Part shown: in pieces, positions 1 to 10,971 of the stretch
Layout: every line of letters starts with the position of its first letter
Numbering within the stretch: position 1 is the first letter of the stretch
NCBI RefSeq assembly: GCF_049075655.1
Contig: NZ_CP157522.1
Coordinates: 32,001 to 96,000, forward strand
Reading direction: 5' to 3'
Source: Methanothermococcus sp. Ax23
Lineage (GTDB): Archaea > AGJL01 > Methanococci > Methanococcales > Methanococcaceae
Length of the DNA: 64,000 bases
The notes under the pieces: generated by a model
What the model saw: only the letters and a program-made list of their open reading frames with translations
Told to the model about the DNA's origin: nothing
The model's database searches: none
Made by a program: the position numbers and the translations under genes

Positions 1-97
<97 letters not shown>

Positions 98-248
98 AAT
101 CACTTTGTGCTTTCAAAATTCAATGGTAATTTTATTGCTCACATGCTTTAAGTGAGATGAATATTATCATAAAAATTTATATAAATCATCTTCATATTCT
201 AATTATATGTTATTATTTTCAAGATATAAAAAAATAAAATGCAATTAT

Positions 249-267
249 AACCGAAAAGTTTAAATAG
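249..267 (+). promoter_or_regulatory. BRE/TATA promoter of histone gene
   Basis: AACCGAAAAGTTTAAATAG fits the Methanococcus strong-promoter consensus, about 80 bp upstream of the histone ATG. Confidence 0.65.
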
Positions 268-347
268 TGGTAAAATACCAATTTAAATTGTATTTAAAAT
301 ATATAACATACTTAAAACCAACTCTTAAATAAAAATAGGTGATATAT

Positions 348-548
348 ATGGCAGAACTTCCAGTAGCTCCAATGGAAAGAATATTGAAAAAAGCAGGTGC
401 TGAAAGAGTAAGCAGAGAAGCAGCAGTTCTCCTTGCTGAAGCATTAGAAGAAATAGCAATGGATATTGCTCAAACCTCCGTAGAATTAGCAAAACATGCT
501 GGTAGAAAAACAGTAAAAGCTGATGATGTAAAAATGGCATTAAAATAA
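348..548 (+). CDS. Archaeal histone (HMf/HmvA family)
   Basis: [22 protein letters not shown]...[13 protein letters not shown] histone fold; GGTGA RBS before ATG 348. Confidence 0.97.
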   Translation: MAELPVAPMERILKKAGAERVSREAAVLLAEALEEIAMDIAQTSVELAKHAGRKTVKADDVKMALK

Positions 549-625
549 TTAATCTATTTTAGATTTTCTATTTTTATGTCTTTAATTTGACTAAATCCCC
601 CTGTGTGTGGGGATAAACCAGTCGA

Positions 626-1633
626 TTATTTGTTAATAGATGATGGTGCTCTAGTTTTGCTTATTAGATAATCAAATAATTCGAATGCGTCATCCATTTT
701 TTCTAGTTCCCTTATATTGATAGTTTTTACACGCCCTATGTCTTTTGCCCCTTTTTCTAAGATTAATAATGAATGGCTATTTAATATTGATGATAGCTGA
801 TTTACAATTAATGCCTTTTTTCTAGTTTCTTCGGTTTCCATCTCTTCAATATTTGTTAATAACAATGTATTTATATGATATTCTTCATATTCATAAATAT
901 CATGTTTTTCAGCAACTGCATCAAATGGTGCTTTTTTTGTCTCAATCATGTTGAATCCTAATTCATTAAGTAAATTCATCACATGTAGTTTAAATTCCTC
1001 ATCGTATCTATTAACATATTTATTGTTATCATCACAGGTTTCAGTGTTGAAAGTTTCATCTTCGTTTATTTCTAATTCCAAAGGTATTCCTTTAACTAAT
1101 GGAACATCCAAATACTGCTCTATTTTTAAAGCAACTTCAATGGAAGGATTTGCTTTATTTTGTTCATATTTATATATTGTTTTTCTTGAAACATTTGAAA
1201 ATTCTGCGAGCTCCCCCACTGAAATATTTAATTTTTCCCTAGTTTCTCTTAAAACATTCCCGTCAATATTCACAAAGAATCCACCTCTGCCAGCATAAAT
1301 AACAGGAGGGCTTCCTTCTAAATACAATTTAAATGTTTCAAATGTTATCGCCTTTATATTGTGTCGTTCATACACAACATCATCTTCCATTGGAACATTT
1401 CGAGTTCTAACTCCAATTAATAATGGAATGGCATTTAATATTCGGGATATTTTTATAAGTTCCATAGATTGTTCATTGCTTAAACTATCTATGTTTTTTA
1501 GTACTTTTATTAAATATTTTACATCATTCTTTCTAGCCAGTATATCAAAGCACGACCTGCTGAATGATTGTGAAACTACAAAATTATATCTATTCAATAA
1601 ATTCATGCACTCTGAAATTATAATCTCTCTCAT
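626..1633 (-). CDS. Archaeal HTH (XRE/cro-C1) transcriptional regulator, MJ1164 family
   Basis: SCFDILARK..LIKVLKNIDS N-domain, YAGRGGFFVNIDG, central HTH (LNISVGELAEFSNVSRKTIYKYE); start reassigned to MREII behind GGTGGG. Confidence 0.85.
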   Translation of the reverse strand: MREIIISECMNLLNRYNFVVSQSFSRSCFDILARKNDVKYLIKVLKNIDSLSNEQSMELIKISRILNAIPLLIGVRTRNVPMEDDVVYERHNIKAITFETFKLYLEGSPPVIYAGRGGFFVNIDGNVLRETREKLNISVGELAEFSNVSRKTIYKYEQNKANPSIEVALKIEQYLDVPLVKGIPLELEINEDETFNTETCDDNNKYVNRYDEEFKLHVMNLLNELGFNMIETKKAPFDAVAEKHDIYEYEEYHINTLLLTNIEEMETEETRKKALIVNQLSSILNSHSLLILEKGAKDIGRVKTINIRELEKMDDAFELFDYLISKTRAPSSINK

Positions 1634-1805
1634 AATCCCACCTATCACTATTTTATATATATTCAAATACACCAATAATATCTAATTCTAAACTATCCAA
1701 TATATATTATTTACGGAAATATAATATAAATATATTTCTTTATATGATAGGTATAAATTATATCATACCTATTATTCCATAGATACACATGGTGAAAATG
1801 ATAAT

Positions 1806-2183
1806 ATGATAGAGTTAAGGGGAAAATCTGCAAAGGAACTTATTAAAAAGGTTGGCGACATAGATTTTGGAGATGAAAAAGAAATATATATAAACACGGA
1901 ATTATCCAAAAATTTGGTTATTGAGATATTGGAAAACTCGAATATTGAGACAATATACCTGCCAGAATCAAAATATAGGCGAACGAACAAAAAACTTATT
2001 GAAGCATTAGAAGGTATTGGTTTAGAAGTTAAGCCCGTAAAGGCAAAAACAGGAAGGCCTTCAAAAAATGAGGAAATTATATCCAAATATCTAGATAAAC
2101 ATCCAAAAGAGATTTCAAAACTAACAGGAATAAATTTGAAAACTGTTGAATATCACTACTATAAACTTAAATCAAAAGAATAG
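1806..2183 (+). CDS. DUF1699-like protein with C-terminal HTH
   Basis: IETIYLPESKYRRT motif, GRP linker, C-terminal HTH (PKEISKLTGINLKTVEYHY). Confidence 0.55.
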   Translation: MIELRGKSAKELIKKVGDIDFGDEKEIYINTELSKNLVIEILENSNIETIYLPESKYRRTNKKLIEALEGIGLEVKPVKAKTGRPSKNEEIISKYLDKHPKEISKLTGINLKTVEYHYYKLKSKE

Positions 2184-2234
2184 GATAATTTATAATTTAC
2201 TTTTTATTATTTATTATAAAATTGGTGAGCTCCT

Positions 2235-3281
2235 ATGGTGATTTGTTGTAAGGTTAATATTAAAGAAGGGGAAAAAATAAGAAGATTTCTTTTAGACAAT
2301 AAACTGTTGAATAAGGATTACAAATTAAAAAAGGAAGATGGTTATTTATATGTTCCACTAATAAATTTGAATAATGATATAAAAAAAGATATAAACAAAA
2401 TAATAAATGATAAAGTTGAATTTGTTGAAGTAGATGATGAATGTTTAAAAAAGGCACATAAAAAACAGATGAATTTTAGAGAGTATCTAATTAAAAACTT
2501 TAAAAAAGAAATAGAAGATGGTCTTATAGCACTATCCTACGATGTAGTTGGTGATATCGTAATAATCCAAATATCCGATGAAATAAACGAAGACATTAGA
2601 AAAAAGATAGGAGAAACTGCATTAAAATTGATTCCATCCATTAAGACAGTGTTTAGGAGAAAAAGCGACATAAAAGGAGAATTTAGAATCAGAGAGTTGG
2701 AGCTCCTCGCAGGAGACTATAAAACATTGACACTTTATAAAGAAAATGGTTATAGGTTATGGGTTGATGTTGAAAAGGTCTATTTTTCACCAAGATTGGG
2801 GTGGGAGCGAAAAAGAATTATGGAGAAAGTGAAATTTGATGATATTGTTGTAGATATGTTTTGCGGAGTTGGACCGTTCTCCATAGCATGCAAAAATGCA
2901 AAGAAGATTTATGCCATTGACATAAATCCCGATGCAATAGAACTGCTTAAAAAAAATATAGAATTAAATAAGCTTCAAAATAAAATAATTCCAATTCTCG
3001 AAGATGTAAGAAAAGTAAATGTGAAGGGAAACCGAATAATAATGAACCTTCCAAAATATGCCCATTTATTTGTGGATAAAGCTCTGGATATCGTCGAAGA
3101 AAATGGCATAATACATTACTACACCATAGGTAAGGATTTCAACGATGCTATTGAATTATTTAAGTCCAAATGTGATTGTGAGATTTTGGAAAAAAGAGTT
3201 GTAAAGTCCTATTCTCCGCGGGAGTATGTTTTAGTATTGGATATAAAAGTCAAACATAAAAATAAAATAAGTAAAACATAA
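2235..3281 (+). CDS. trm5: tRNA (guanine(37)-N1)-methyltransferase Trm5b
   Basis: SYDVVGDIVI, VYFSPRL..ER, DMFCGVGPF, IMNLPK motifs. Confidence 0.92.
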   Translation: MVICCKVNIKEGEKIRRFLLDNKLLNKDYKLKKEDGYLYVPLINLNNDIKKDINKIINDKVEFVEVDDECLKKAHKKQMNFREYLIKNFKKEIEDGLIALSYDVVGDIVIIQISDEINEDIRKKIGETALKLIPSIKTVFRRKSDIKGEFRIRELELLAGDYKTLTLYKENGYRLWVDVEKVYFSPRLGWERKRIMEKVKFDDIVVDMFCGVGPFSIACKNAKKIYAIDINPDAIELLKKNIELNKLQNKIIPILEDVRKVNVKGNRIIMNLPKYAHLFVDKALDIVEENGIIHYYTIGKDFNDAIELFKSKCDCEILEKRVVKSYSPREYVLVLDIKVKHKNKISKT

Positions 3282-3308
3282 AATAAAATAGAAAATATAA
3301 AAAATTTA

Positions 3309-4832
3309 TTAAAAAAACGCTTCCAAAGTTATTTGTTTTGATTTCTCTTTGTCTTTATCTGTTTTTTTATCTTTCTTTTTGGGAGCTCCGGATGATTTAG
3401 TAGTTCCATCATTTGTTTCATTTATCTCATTTTCATTTTTAATATCTTTGATAACTTCTTCAATACTAATATTTTTTAGGTCTTTAATTTCTTTTTCTAC
3501 CTTTTTATCTTTCTTTTTAGTTTTCTTCTTTTCTGCTTTCTTTTCATCTGTTTCAGCGGTTTTTGCTTTTGATTCTGCTTTTTTTTCTGATTTTTCCTTT
3601 ATTATTTTAAATATTTTTTTAGCCGTGGTCTTATTTGTTAAATATTCCAATTCATCATTAGTAAATTCATAAAATTCTACGAGCTCAGCCCCAAATTCTG
3701 GATTGGATTTAAGGATAACCTGCAAATATAGTATATCTTCCCTGGCTCTTTTAGTGGATACATGAGTTTTTAAACTTATTTTATTAAGTATTTTATTCAT
3801 AATATTTCGTTTTGCCTTTGTTTTAGTGAGTTTCGTAAATACCGTTGGTCTAACATAGGAAAAGAATCCTCTATATTTTTCATCCTTTGCAAGTGCCACT
3901 CCCGCAGTCATAAGTGCAGAAGCATACCTCCAAAGTCCATAATATTGTCTTTTATGAACTCTCCCCAAAAATATGTCTGCCTTTGAAAGATAGTCATAGG
4001 CACGAACTATATCCTCTTTCTTTTTGTATTCCCTCGGTATGTTCTCAGCAATCCATTCTTCAATAGTTCCAATGTCCTCTTTTACATCATATACCGAAGA
4101 TACTGCAATATCGTAGTGGGTTGTTTTTAATATAATTCTTATGGCATCGAAAATGCTTTTTTCAACATCCCTATCTGGGAGCTCCTTAACCTCTTCTAAA
4201 TTTAAATCATTTCCAATGGCAAGAGATTCTAAATCATTAATTGCCGCCCTAACATCACCGCCTGCATGTTTTGCTATTATTTTAAGAATCTTATCATCTA
4301 CATTAAAACCTTCTTTTAGTGCTATTCTTCTCAATACAGGCACTATGGAGTTTGTATGAACAGACCCTATCTTTACAATTTTACAGGCATTCCTTAAAGA
4401 CATTAATGATGGTTTGTAAATGTCATTTGCAGTTAATATTAATGGATTTTTTGCTGTTTTTATTATTTTTAATATCTCGCTCACTCCCCCCCGGTCGCTG
4501 TTTCCGGAGATTCCATCAACCTCATCCAAAATAATTAGTGCCCTTTTTCCAGACAACGACTTTGACATCGATGCACTTCCAACTACCTGCTTAATTACAT
4601 CCTTGTTTCTCTTGTCACTTGCATTTAATTCAATTACTTCAAAACCATAGTCATTTGCAAGAGCATTTGCAAGTGTTGTTTTACCGCATCCCGGAGGACC
4701 AACAAGAAGAATCGGTTTTACAGGATTGCCATGTAAATAATCTTCAATCCATTTTTTTAATTCTTCTTTAATTTTTGTATTTCCAACAACCTCCGCCATG
4801 GTTTTTGGTCTGTATTTTTCAACCCAGTTCAT
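3309..4832 (-). CDS. rfcL: Replication factor C large subunit
   Basis: WVEKYRPK, GPPGCGKT Walker A, ELNASD, DEVD, C-terminal PIP box QITLEAFF. Confidence 0.97.
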   Translation of the reverse strand: MNWVEKYRPKTMAEVVGNTKIKEELKKWIEDYLHGNPVKPILLVGPPGCGKTTLANALANDYGFEVIELNASDKRNKDVIKQVVGSASMSKSLSGKRALIILDEVDGISGNSDRGGVSEILKIIKTAKNPLILTANDIYKPSLMSLRNACKIVKIGSVHTNSIVPVLRRIALKEGFNVDDKILKIIAKHAGGDVRAAINDLESLAIGNDLNLEEVKELPDRDVEKSIFDAIRIILKTTHYDIAVSSVYDVKEDIGTIEEWIAENIPREYKKKEDIVRAYDYLSKADIFLGRVHKRQYYGLWRYASALMTAGVALAKDEKYRGFFSYVRPTVFTKLTKTKAKRNIMNKILNKISLKTHVSTKRAREDILYLQVILKSNPEFGAELVEFYEFTNDELEYLTNKTTAKKIFKIIKEKSEKKAESKAKTAETDEKKAEKKKTKKKDKKVEKEIKDLKNISIEEVIKDIKNENEINETNDGTTKSSGAPKKKDKKTDKDKEKSKQITLEAFF

Positions 4833-5092
4833 AAAATCACCAAAATGATAGATAATAATGACAATAATATATGGATTATAAATTATAAAGATTTTAAGAT
4901 AAAGATGAGATTAAGATAAAGAATATAATAACGATATATTATAAAAATAAATAATAAATGCCATTTATATATACATCCTGTAAAGATTGATGTTAGTTAA
5001 TAGGTTATTTATTTATAATTAATATTAAATATATATTAAATATATTAAATAGCAATGTATTATAGATTAACTAAATACTCTGTGATAGATAT

Positions 5093-5482
5093 ATGCTACC
5101 CGAAAGATTAGATTTTAAGAATTATGGAAAAGATTTAGATTTTTGGACATTCTTAGAGCAAGCCTACGAGAAAGATTTAAAATTGGATTTAGGTCATTTT
5201 ATAATATTATGTATATTGCTATATGTTAATGAAACATACGCTAAACTCATAGAAGAGTTTGGAAAAAAAAAGGCTAGAAAGATATTGGAAGAAAAAGAAA
5301 TATTTTCAAAAAATTCTGACTATATATCGGGAGAGTATTTAAAGAAGTATATCAAAAGAGATAGTCGTGGAGCTGTTCATTCAAGGATTAAAGACTTAAA
5401 AAGTTTGGGATTTGAGATACACACTAAACCGGGTTTTTTAGGGGGCTATAAGTTATTAAAAACTCCTGAATGGTTTAAATAA
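5093..5482 (+). CDS. Hypothetical protein, probable winged-helix domain
   Basis: C-terminal SRGAVHSRIKDLKSLGFEIHTKPG..GGYKL resembles a BirA/HTH_11 wHTH. Confidence 0.6.
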   Translation: MLPERLDFKNYGKDLDFWTFLEQAYEKDLKLDLGHFIILCILLYVNETYAKLIEEFGKKKARKILEEKEIFSKNSDYISGEYLKKYIKRDSRGAVHSRIKDLKSLGFEIHTKPGFLGGYKLLKTPEWFK

Positions 5483-5526
5483 TTTTACAATAATATAATA
5501 ATACTTTAATTATTTTTATCTTTATT

Positions 5527-5829
5527 TTAGTCGAAAATCTTTTTAATATATGGCTCAAATGGAACAATTTCATCCCTTTTCCTTGGACTTATTGTGGCGA
5601 TTTTTAATATCTTTTTTTCAGGAGATAGCCCAATGGTCAATGTTCCAGGTGTCAAGGTAATACTGCATGCTAAAAGAACCTGACCTATCAAACTATTAAT
5701 ATCAGTTTCTATTTCGATGATTTGCGGGTTTATACTTCCATTTATACTCCGCCTTACAACATCGAGCCATGCCTCGCTTAAAGCCTTCAATAAAACAAAT
5801 ATGTATCCTACAACACCAAAAACACTCAT
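5527..5829 (-). CDS. MnhE-like cation/H+ antiporter subunit (probable energy-converting hydrogenase B subunit A)
   Basis: [10 protein letters not shown]...[13 protein letters not shown] MnhE signature. Confidence 0.8.
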   Translation of the reverse strand: MSVFGVVGYIFVLLKALSEAWLDVVRRSINGSINPQIIEIETDINSLIGQVLLACSITLTPGTLTIGLSPEKKILKIATISPRKRDEIVPFEPYIKKIFD

Positions 5830-6001
5830 TATATGACACCTTATAAATATTTATATAATATATAAACATATACAACCATAATTAGAATCTATAATTATTA
5901 ATAATTACAAATAGATATATATAGTTTGTGATTTATAAATTACAAAAAATGTAAAAAAGGAATCTAAAAAGTATAAAATAAAGCATTATTAGGGTGAAAA
6001 A

Positions 6002-6436
6002 ATGAACGAAGAAATACAAAAACAATTTTATGAATTAGAATTATACAACCAGCAGGTTAAAAAACTCCAAGAAGAGCTCGGAAAGATAGAGATTATGAAA
6101 ATGGAGTTAATGAAATCAATAGAATCCATGGAAGGATTGAAAGAATCAAAAGAACTTTTAATCCCATTAGGCGGCGGAGCATTTGTAAAAGCAGAAGTTA
6201 TTGACAGCGAAAAAGTTATAGTTGGAGCAGGTGCAGACGTTTTCCTTGAAAAAAACATAGACGAAGTTATCGAAGACTTCAAAAAATCCTCAGAAGAACT
6301 AACCAATGCAGAAACGATGGTTAAAGAACAGATAGAAAAAACTGTTAAATTCATGGATAAAATGCAGCAAGATTTGGAGAAAAAAGTTAGATTAATGGAA
6401 GGCCAGCAGCAACCTCCTGCATCAACTTCTCAATAA
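6002..6436 (+). CDS. pfdA: Prefoldin subunit alpha
   Basis: [28 protein letters not shown] beta-hairpins between coiled coils. Confidence 0.95.
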   Translation: MNEEIQKQFYELELYNQQVKKLQEELGKIEIMKMELMKSIESMEGLKESKELLIPLGGGAFVKAEVIDSEKVIVGAGADVFLEKNIDEVIEDFKKSSEELTNAETMVKEQIEKTVKFMDKMQQDLEKKVRLMEGQQQPPASTSQ

Positions 6437-6497
6437 TAAACTATATATACGATGGGGTTTAACTATAGTATGTTTTTAGTTAAATTTAGTTAAATTA

Positions 6498-6548
6498 AAA
6501 TTAGACGAAAACTTTCGGTTTTCGTTGTCCACTTACTTCGTAAGTGAG
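6498..6548. repeat. Short palindromic repeat (double hairpin)
   Basis: ACGAAAAC-TTTCG-GTTTTCGT plus CACTTAC-TTC-GTAAGTG; near-identical first hairpin at 34264 and 18754. Confidence 0.75.
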
Positions 6549-6607
6549 GGCATAACTTTTTTAATTTTTTAAAAGTTTTTTAATTTTTTTAGTAATTTAA
6601 CTAAAAA

Positions 6608-6715
6608 TGTGTGCTTCCACATTCGGCACTGTTGGATATCCAAGCATCGTGGAAGCACTGTGCTTCCACATATTGTGGTGCCCGAATCATCCAAAAGAGA
6701 AACAATTTTGGATGT
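6608..6715. repeat. Nested palindrome cluster
   Basis: GTGGAAGCAC-T-GTGCTTCCAC, TTGGATATCCAA, TTCGGCAC...GTGCCCGAA, CATCCAAAA...TTTTGGATG. Confidence 0.6.
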
Positions 6716-6921
6716 ATATTACAAGGAACATTATATAGCATATATTATTTACGAATGCTATATATAGTAAATGCTGTGGGAGCTCACATTTATAATAAAA
6801 ATTGGGGGAGATTCCAAACTTGCTTCTAACTATTTAACCATAATATTAGGAGTAGTTATGAAATTCGAAGATTTTGTTTTTGGACGCCCCCCCTGTGATA
6901 AAATTAAAATAGGTTGATTAT

Positions 6922-8517
6922 ATGACTATGACGGAATTTAAAGAATTAGGATTATCTGAAAATATGATAAATGCATTAGAAAAAAAAGGATTCACAAACC
7001 CAACACCAATCCAAAAGAAAGCAATACCTATCCTATTAGAAGGAAACTTGGATATTATAGGACAGGCACAAACTGGAACTGGAAAAACTGCGGCATTTGG
7101 AATTCCAATGGTTGAAACACTTAATGAAGGTTCAAAGGATGTTCAGGCACTTATACTCGCACCAACAAGAGAGCTCGCCATACAGGTTTCAGATGAGATA
7201 AACTCATTAAAAGGAAATAAAAATTTAAAGGTAATTCCAGTCTATGGGGGGCAGTCCATAACTGAACAGATAAGGAAATTAAAGAAAGGAGTAGATATTG
7301 TTGTAGGAACTCCGGGGAGAGTTTTAGACCACTTAAAAAGAGGAAATCTAAAATTGCACAATGTTTCCTATGTTGTTCTAGATGAAGCTGATGAAATGCT
7401 CGACATGGGATTCATAGACGATGTTGAGGAAATTTTAAGATATACAAATCCAGACAAAAAAATGCTTCTATTCTCAGCTACATTGCCTAGGAAAATTATG
7501 GGATTGGCTAAAAAATACATGAGAAAATATGAAGTAATAAGTGTTAAAAAGGAACAATTAACTACAAATACAGTGGAACAGATTTACTATGAAGTTAGGA
7601 GCTCCGATAAGTTCGAGGCATTGTGTAGAACAATAGATATGAACAATGACTTTTACGGATTGGTATTCTGTAAAACTAGGGCAGATGTAAATGATGTGGC
7701 AAATAAACTTGCAAATAGAGGATATAAAGCAGAAGGTATCCATGGAGATATCGTCCAAAATCAGAGAGAAAGGATATTATCCAGATTTAAAAACAAAAGG
7801 TCAAATATCCTTGTAGCAACAGATGTTGCAGCAAGAGGTATCGATATTAATAACCTCACCCATGTTATAAATTACTCGCTCCCACAGAATCCCGAATCCT
7901 ATGTTCATAGAATCGGAAGAACTGGAAGAGCTGGAAGAAGGGGAACTGCCATTACATTTGTTCAACCAGATGAGTTCAGAAAATTAAAATACATAAAAAA
8001 GATAGCAAAAACAGACATTGAAAAAAGAGAGCTCCCAACTGTGGAAGATATCATCAGTGCAAAGAAGTCATCAGTTATAGATAATATTTTAAAAATTGTG
8101 AGCTCCGAGGAATACAGCGAAGAATATCTTGATATTGCTAAGAAATTGTTGGAAGAAAATGATGCTGAAAAAGTTATAGCGTCCCTTTTAAAATACACAT
8201 TTCAAGATGAATTGAACGAAAAAAGATACGGTAAAATCAAACCTACCAGAAGTGTTAAAGAAGTTAAAGAAGGTCAGTCAAGATTGTTTGTAGCTCTTGG
8301 GAAAAAGGATGGAATAAATCCAAGAAAACTTGTTGAATACCTTGAAGATAAGACGAATGTAAGGGGAAGATATATAGATGATGTTGCAGTATTTGAAAAC
8401 TTCTCATACATCACAGTTTCTTCAAGAGATGCTGAAAAAATTATAAAAACCCTTGGTAGAGTTAGAAGAAATGGAAAATCCATTGTAGAACATGCTAAGA
8501 AAAGGAAAAACTATTAA
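6922..8517 (+). CDS. deaD: DEAD-box RNA helicase (DeaD/CshA type, C-terminal DbpA RNA-binding domain)
   Basis: Q motif, AQTGTGKT, PTRELA, DEAD, SAT, HRIGRTGRAG; RLFVALGKKDG DbpA domain. Confidence 0.95.
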   Translation: MTMTEFKELGLSENMINALEKKGFTNPTPIQKKAIPILLEGNLDIIGQAQTGTGKTAAFGIPMVETLNEGSKDVQALILAPTRELAIQVSDEINSLKGNKNLKVIPVYGGQSITEQIRKLKKGVDIVVGTPGRVLDHLKRGNLKLHNVSYVVLDEADEMLDMGFIDDVEEILRYTNPDKKMLLFSATLPRKIMGLAKKYMRKYEVISVKKEQLTTNTVEQIYYEVRSSDKFEALCRTIDMNNDFYGLVFCKTRADVNDVANKLANRGYKAEGIHGDIVQNQRERILSRFKNKRSNILVATDVAARGIDINNLTHVINYSLPQNPESYVHRIGRTGRAGRRGTAITFVQPDEFRKLKYIKKIAKTDIEKRELPTVEDIISAKKSSVIDNILKIVSSEEYSEEYLDIAKKLLEENDAEKVIASLLKYTFQDELNEKRYGKIKPTRSVKEVKEGQSRLFVALGKKDGINPRKLVEYLEDKTNVRGRYIDDVAVFENFSYITVSSRDAEKIIKTLGRVRRNGKSIVEHAKKRKNY

Positions 8518-8670
8518 ATAATTTATTAATTTTTTATTTTTTTATTTAATTAGATTTATATATGTATATTAATAGATATATATTTCCAAAATAAAAATAG
8601 TAAAACTTAGAACCTAAAATTTAACCATATATTCTAATTAATAAATATAGTTGCCTAAAATAAAAAATAG

Positions 8671-8744
8671 TGGGCCCAGCCGGATTCGAACCGGCGACCC
8701 TCGCCTTGTAAGGGCGATGTCATAGCCAACTAGACCATGGGCCC
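8671..8744 (-). tRNA. tRNA-Val (anticodon TAC), CCA not encoded
   Basis: GGGCCCATGGTCTAGTTGGCTATGACATCGCCCT-TAC-AAGGCGAGGGTCGCCGGTTCGAATCCGGCTGGGCCCA cloverleaf. Confidence 0.97.
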
Positions 8745-8829
8745 AATGTGCTTTTGATATTTCTTTTTTTAAGATTTCATGGGTTTTTCTTTCCCGCAAT
8801 CTTTCGACAAAATAACCAATGCAATCATA

Positions 8830-8849
8830 ATATATAAAGATTTCGGTTT
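8830..8849 (-). promoter_or_regulatory. BRE/TATA promoter of tRNA-Val
   Basis: Minus strand AAACCGAAATCTTTATATA. Confidence 0.65.
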
Positions 8850-8935
8850 AGTGATTATTTCTACACTACCATTAAAGATACTAATTAATAATATAAAATC
8901 ATAAAATATACTGCAATAGAATAAATGGTGTAATT

Positions 8936-10012
8936 ATGGAGAGCTCACATTTAAAAAATTTTTTAAGAGATAGGGATGAAATAATAAAGTGCTCAAAAGA
9001 AAGGGATAATAACAGCATAAATGAATTTAAAAAAATTATTGATAAAATTAAATCAAAAAAGGAGGCAGAGGGAGAACCAACCAATATTGTTGCAGATTTC
9101 ACAGAATACAATCCATTGCACAATGGACATAAGTATTGTTTAAATGAAGGTAAAAAATACGGTATCTTCATAAGCATACTTCCAGCACCACTTGAAAGAA
9201 GCGGGCGAGGTATTCCATATCTTGTTGATAGACATATTCGTTCTGAAATGGCCATAAAAGCCGGTGCAGATATTGTTGTTGAAGGTCCCCCTATGGGAAT
9301 AATGGGCTCTGGTCAATACATGCAGTGCCTTATAAAGATGTTTTACACTCTCGGCACCGAGATTATACCGAGAGGATATATTAAGGAGAGTTCTATGGAA
9401 AAGGTCATAAACTGCATAAACAATGGGCATCATATTAAGGTAAAACCATATAAGATATCATGTGTTGAAACTGGTGAGCTCCTTTGTGAAAAACTTGAAA
9501 TAGATAACTATGTCATAGCTTCCATGTCAAGCACTATTTATAAAGTTAATAAAAACTGCAACATTAACTTTAAACCAAAATTTGTTTTTGTAGAAAGAAT
9601 AGGGGGCATAAGTGGAACGAAAATTAGAGAGGGGATATTTAGCGGGAAATTTGATGAAATAAAAAACATGCTTCCAGAAACTACTTTGAATATTTTAAAG
9701 AAGTATTATGATAAAGGAGAACTGGATAATATTATTTTAAAAAGGTTTGAAGACAGGATATTGGAAACTGCAAATGAATATGAATTAAAAAATTACATTC
9801 CCGACTATGTAGCAAATATTTTAGAAAAAAACAGACCATTTAACAGTATTGATGAGATTAGACAGGCAATTCCCTATGGATTTTCAAGGCATTACAAAGA
9901 ACGAATCTTGTCAAAGCTCGAAGCTCGAATAGAAAACGAGGTTATTTCAGAGTATATAAAAAACTATCCTTCAAAGATAAAAATACTTGCAGTAAATGAT
10001 GTTATTAATTAA
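8936..10012 (+). CDS. HIGH-motif nucleotidyltransferase, UPF0348/TmcAL-like
   Basis: [35 protein letters not shown]. Confidence 0.8.
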   Translation: MESSHLKNFLRDRDEIIKCSKERDNNSINEFKKIIDKIKSKKEAEGEPTNIVADFTEYNPLHNGHKYCLNEGKKYGIFISILPAPLERSGRGIPYLVDRHIRSEMAIKAGADIVVEGPPMGIMGSGQYMQCLIKMFYTLGTEIIPRGYIKESSMEKVINCINNGHHIKVKPYKISCVETGELLCEKLEIDNYVIASMSSTIYKVNKNCNINFKPKFVFVERIGGISGTKIREGIFSGKFDEIKNMLPETTLNILKKYYDKGELDNIILKRFEDRILETANEYELKNYIPDYVANILEKNRPFNSIDEIRQAIPYGFSRHYKERILSKLEARIENEVISEYIKNYPSKIKILAVNDVIN

Positions 10013-10028
10013 ATAAAACGGTGATATT

Positions 10029-10706
10029 TTGCAAAAACAAAGATTTTGTTTAGACACTACGGCAATTACAGATAGTGAGGTTAGGAAATCACTTAGGGCA
10101 AATACGATTTCTGAATCTGCTGAGATGATACTTGATTTAATAGCAGAATCCAGGGTTCATTTGGATATTTCATGCCACATCCCATATCCCAGCGTATATG
10201 ATGAGCTCGTTGGATTTTTAAAAAGGGAAGGATGCCCAGAAGAGGTTTTAATTAAAGTGGATACATGGCTTGTAAAGAAAACACCAAATAGATATGAAAT
10301 AAAGCTTCCAGCAGAGATACTTTATGAATATATAAGGGATTTAAGGGAGAGAATAAACAAAGGCATGAGAATAAGCGAAAATGCAATGTATGAAACAGCA
10401 TCAGAGGCTTATGTGCTTTCACAGGATGAAGAATCAAAAGATAAAAAGGCATTAATAGATGATGTTTTATCGAAAACTGTAAATTCATTTAGGAATAAAT
10501 ACAGAAGTGCTTTGAGAACTGGGACTCTTGACAGTGCCCCAGATTTAGATGTGTTATTACTTGCAAAGGAGCTCGACGCCGCAGTGGTTGCAAGTGATGA
10601 AGGTATTGAAAAATGGGCTCAGCGTCTTGGGTTGAGATTTGTTAAAGCAAGAGATTTTCCATTTATACTTAAAGAATATCTAAATATCTACGGGAAAAAG
10701 ATTTAA
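10029..10706 (+). CDS. RNA-free ribonuclease P (HARP, PIN domain, UPF0278)
   Basis: FCLDTTA, RERINKGMRISE, YRSALRTGTLDSAPDLDVLLLAKELDAAVVASDEGI; TTG start. Confidence 0.9.
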   Translation: MQKQRFCLDTTAITDSEVRKSLRANTISESAEMILDLIAESRVHLDISCHIPYPSVYDELVGFLKREGCPEEVLIKVDTWLVKKTPNRYEIKLPAEILYEYIRDLRERINKGMRISENAMYETASEAYVLSQDEESKDKKALIDDVLSKTVNSFRNKYRSALRTGTLDSAPDLDVLLLAKELDAAVVASDEGIEKWAQRLGLRFVKARDFPFILKEYLNIYGKKI

Positions 10707-10971
10707 TTAATTATTTATTGATTATATATTAAAACAGAAAAACGGATGAATTAACAGACATAATTTTTAAACAGGTATTGACCTATATTAAGATTAACCT
10801 TAACTGCATAATACTAAAATAATGAATAACCAATATTGGATAAATCAATTAACTTTATAAATTAAAAACATTTAAAAAAGATAAGACATAATTTACAAAA
10901 ATATAAAAGATTTTATCTCGATACTAAATGAGAAAAGATAAAAGAAACAGAAGAAACACGGTGAAAAAGCT

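Noticed and set aside
6611-6829. 72-aa ORF upstream of deaD
   Set aside because: Runs through a palindrome cluster and the promoter; no RBS or recognisable protein features
8671-8744. tRNA-Val as an integration site
   Set aside because: No duplicated tRNA 3' end or integrase in the window
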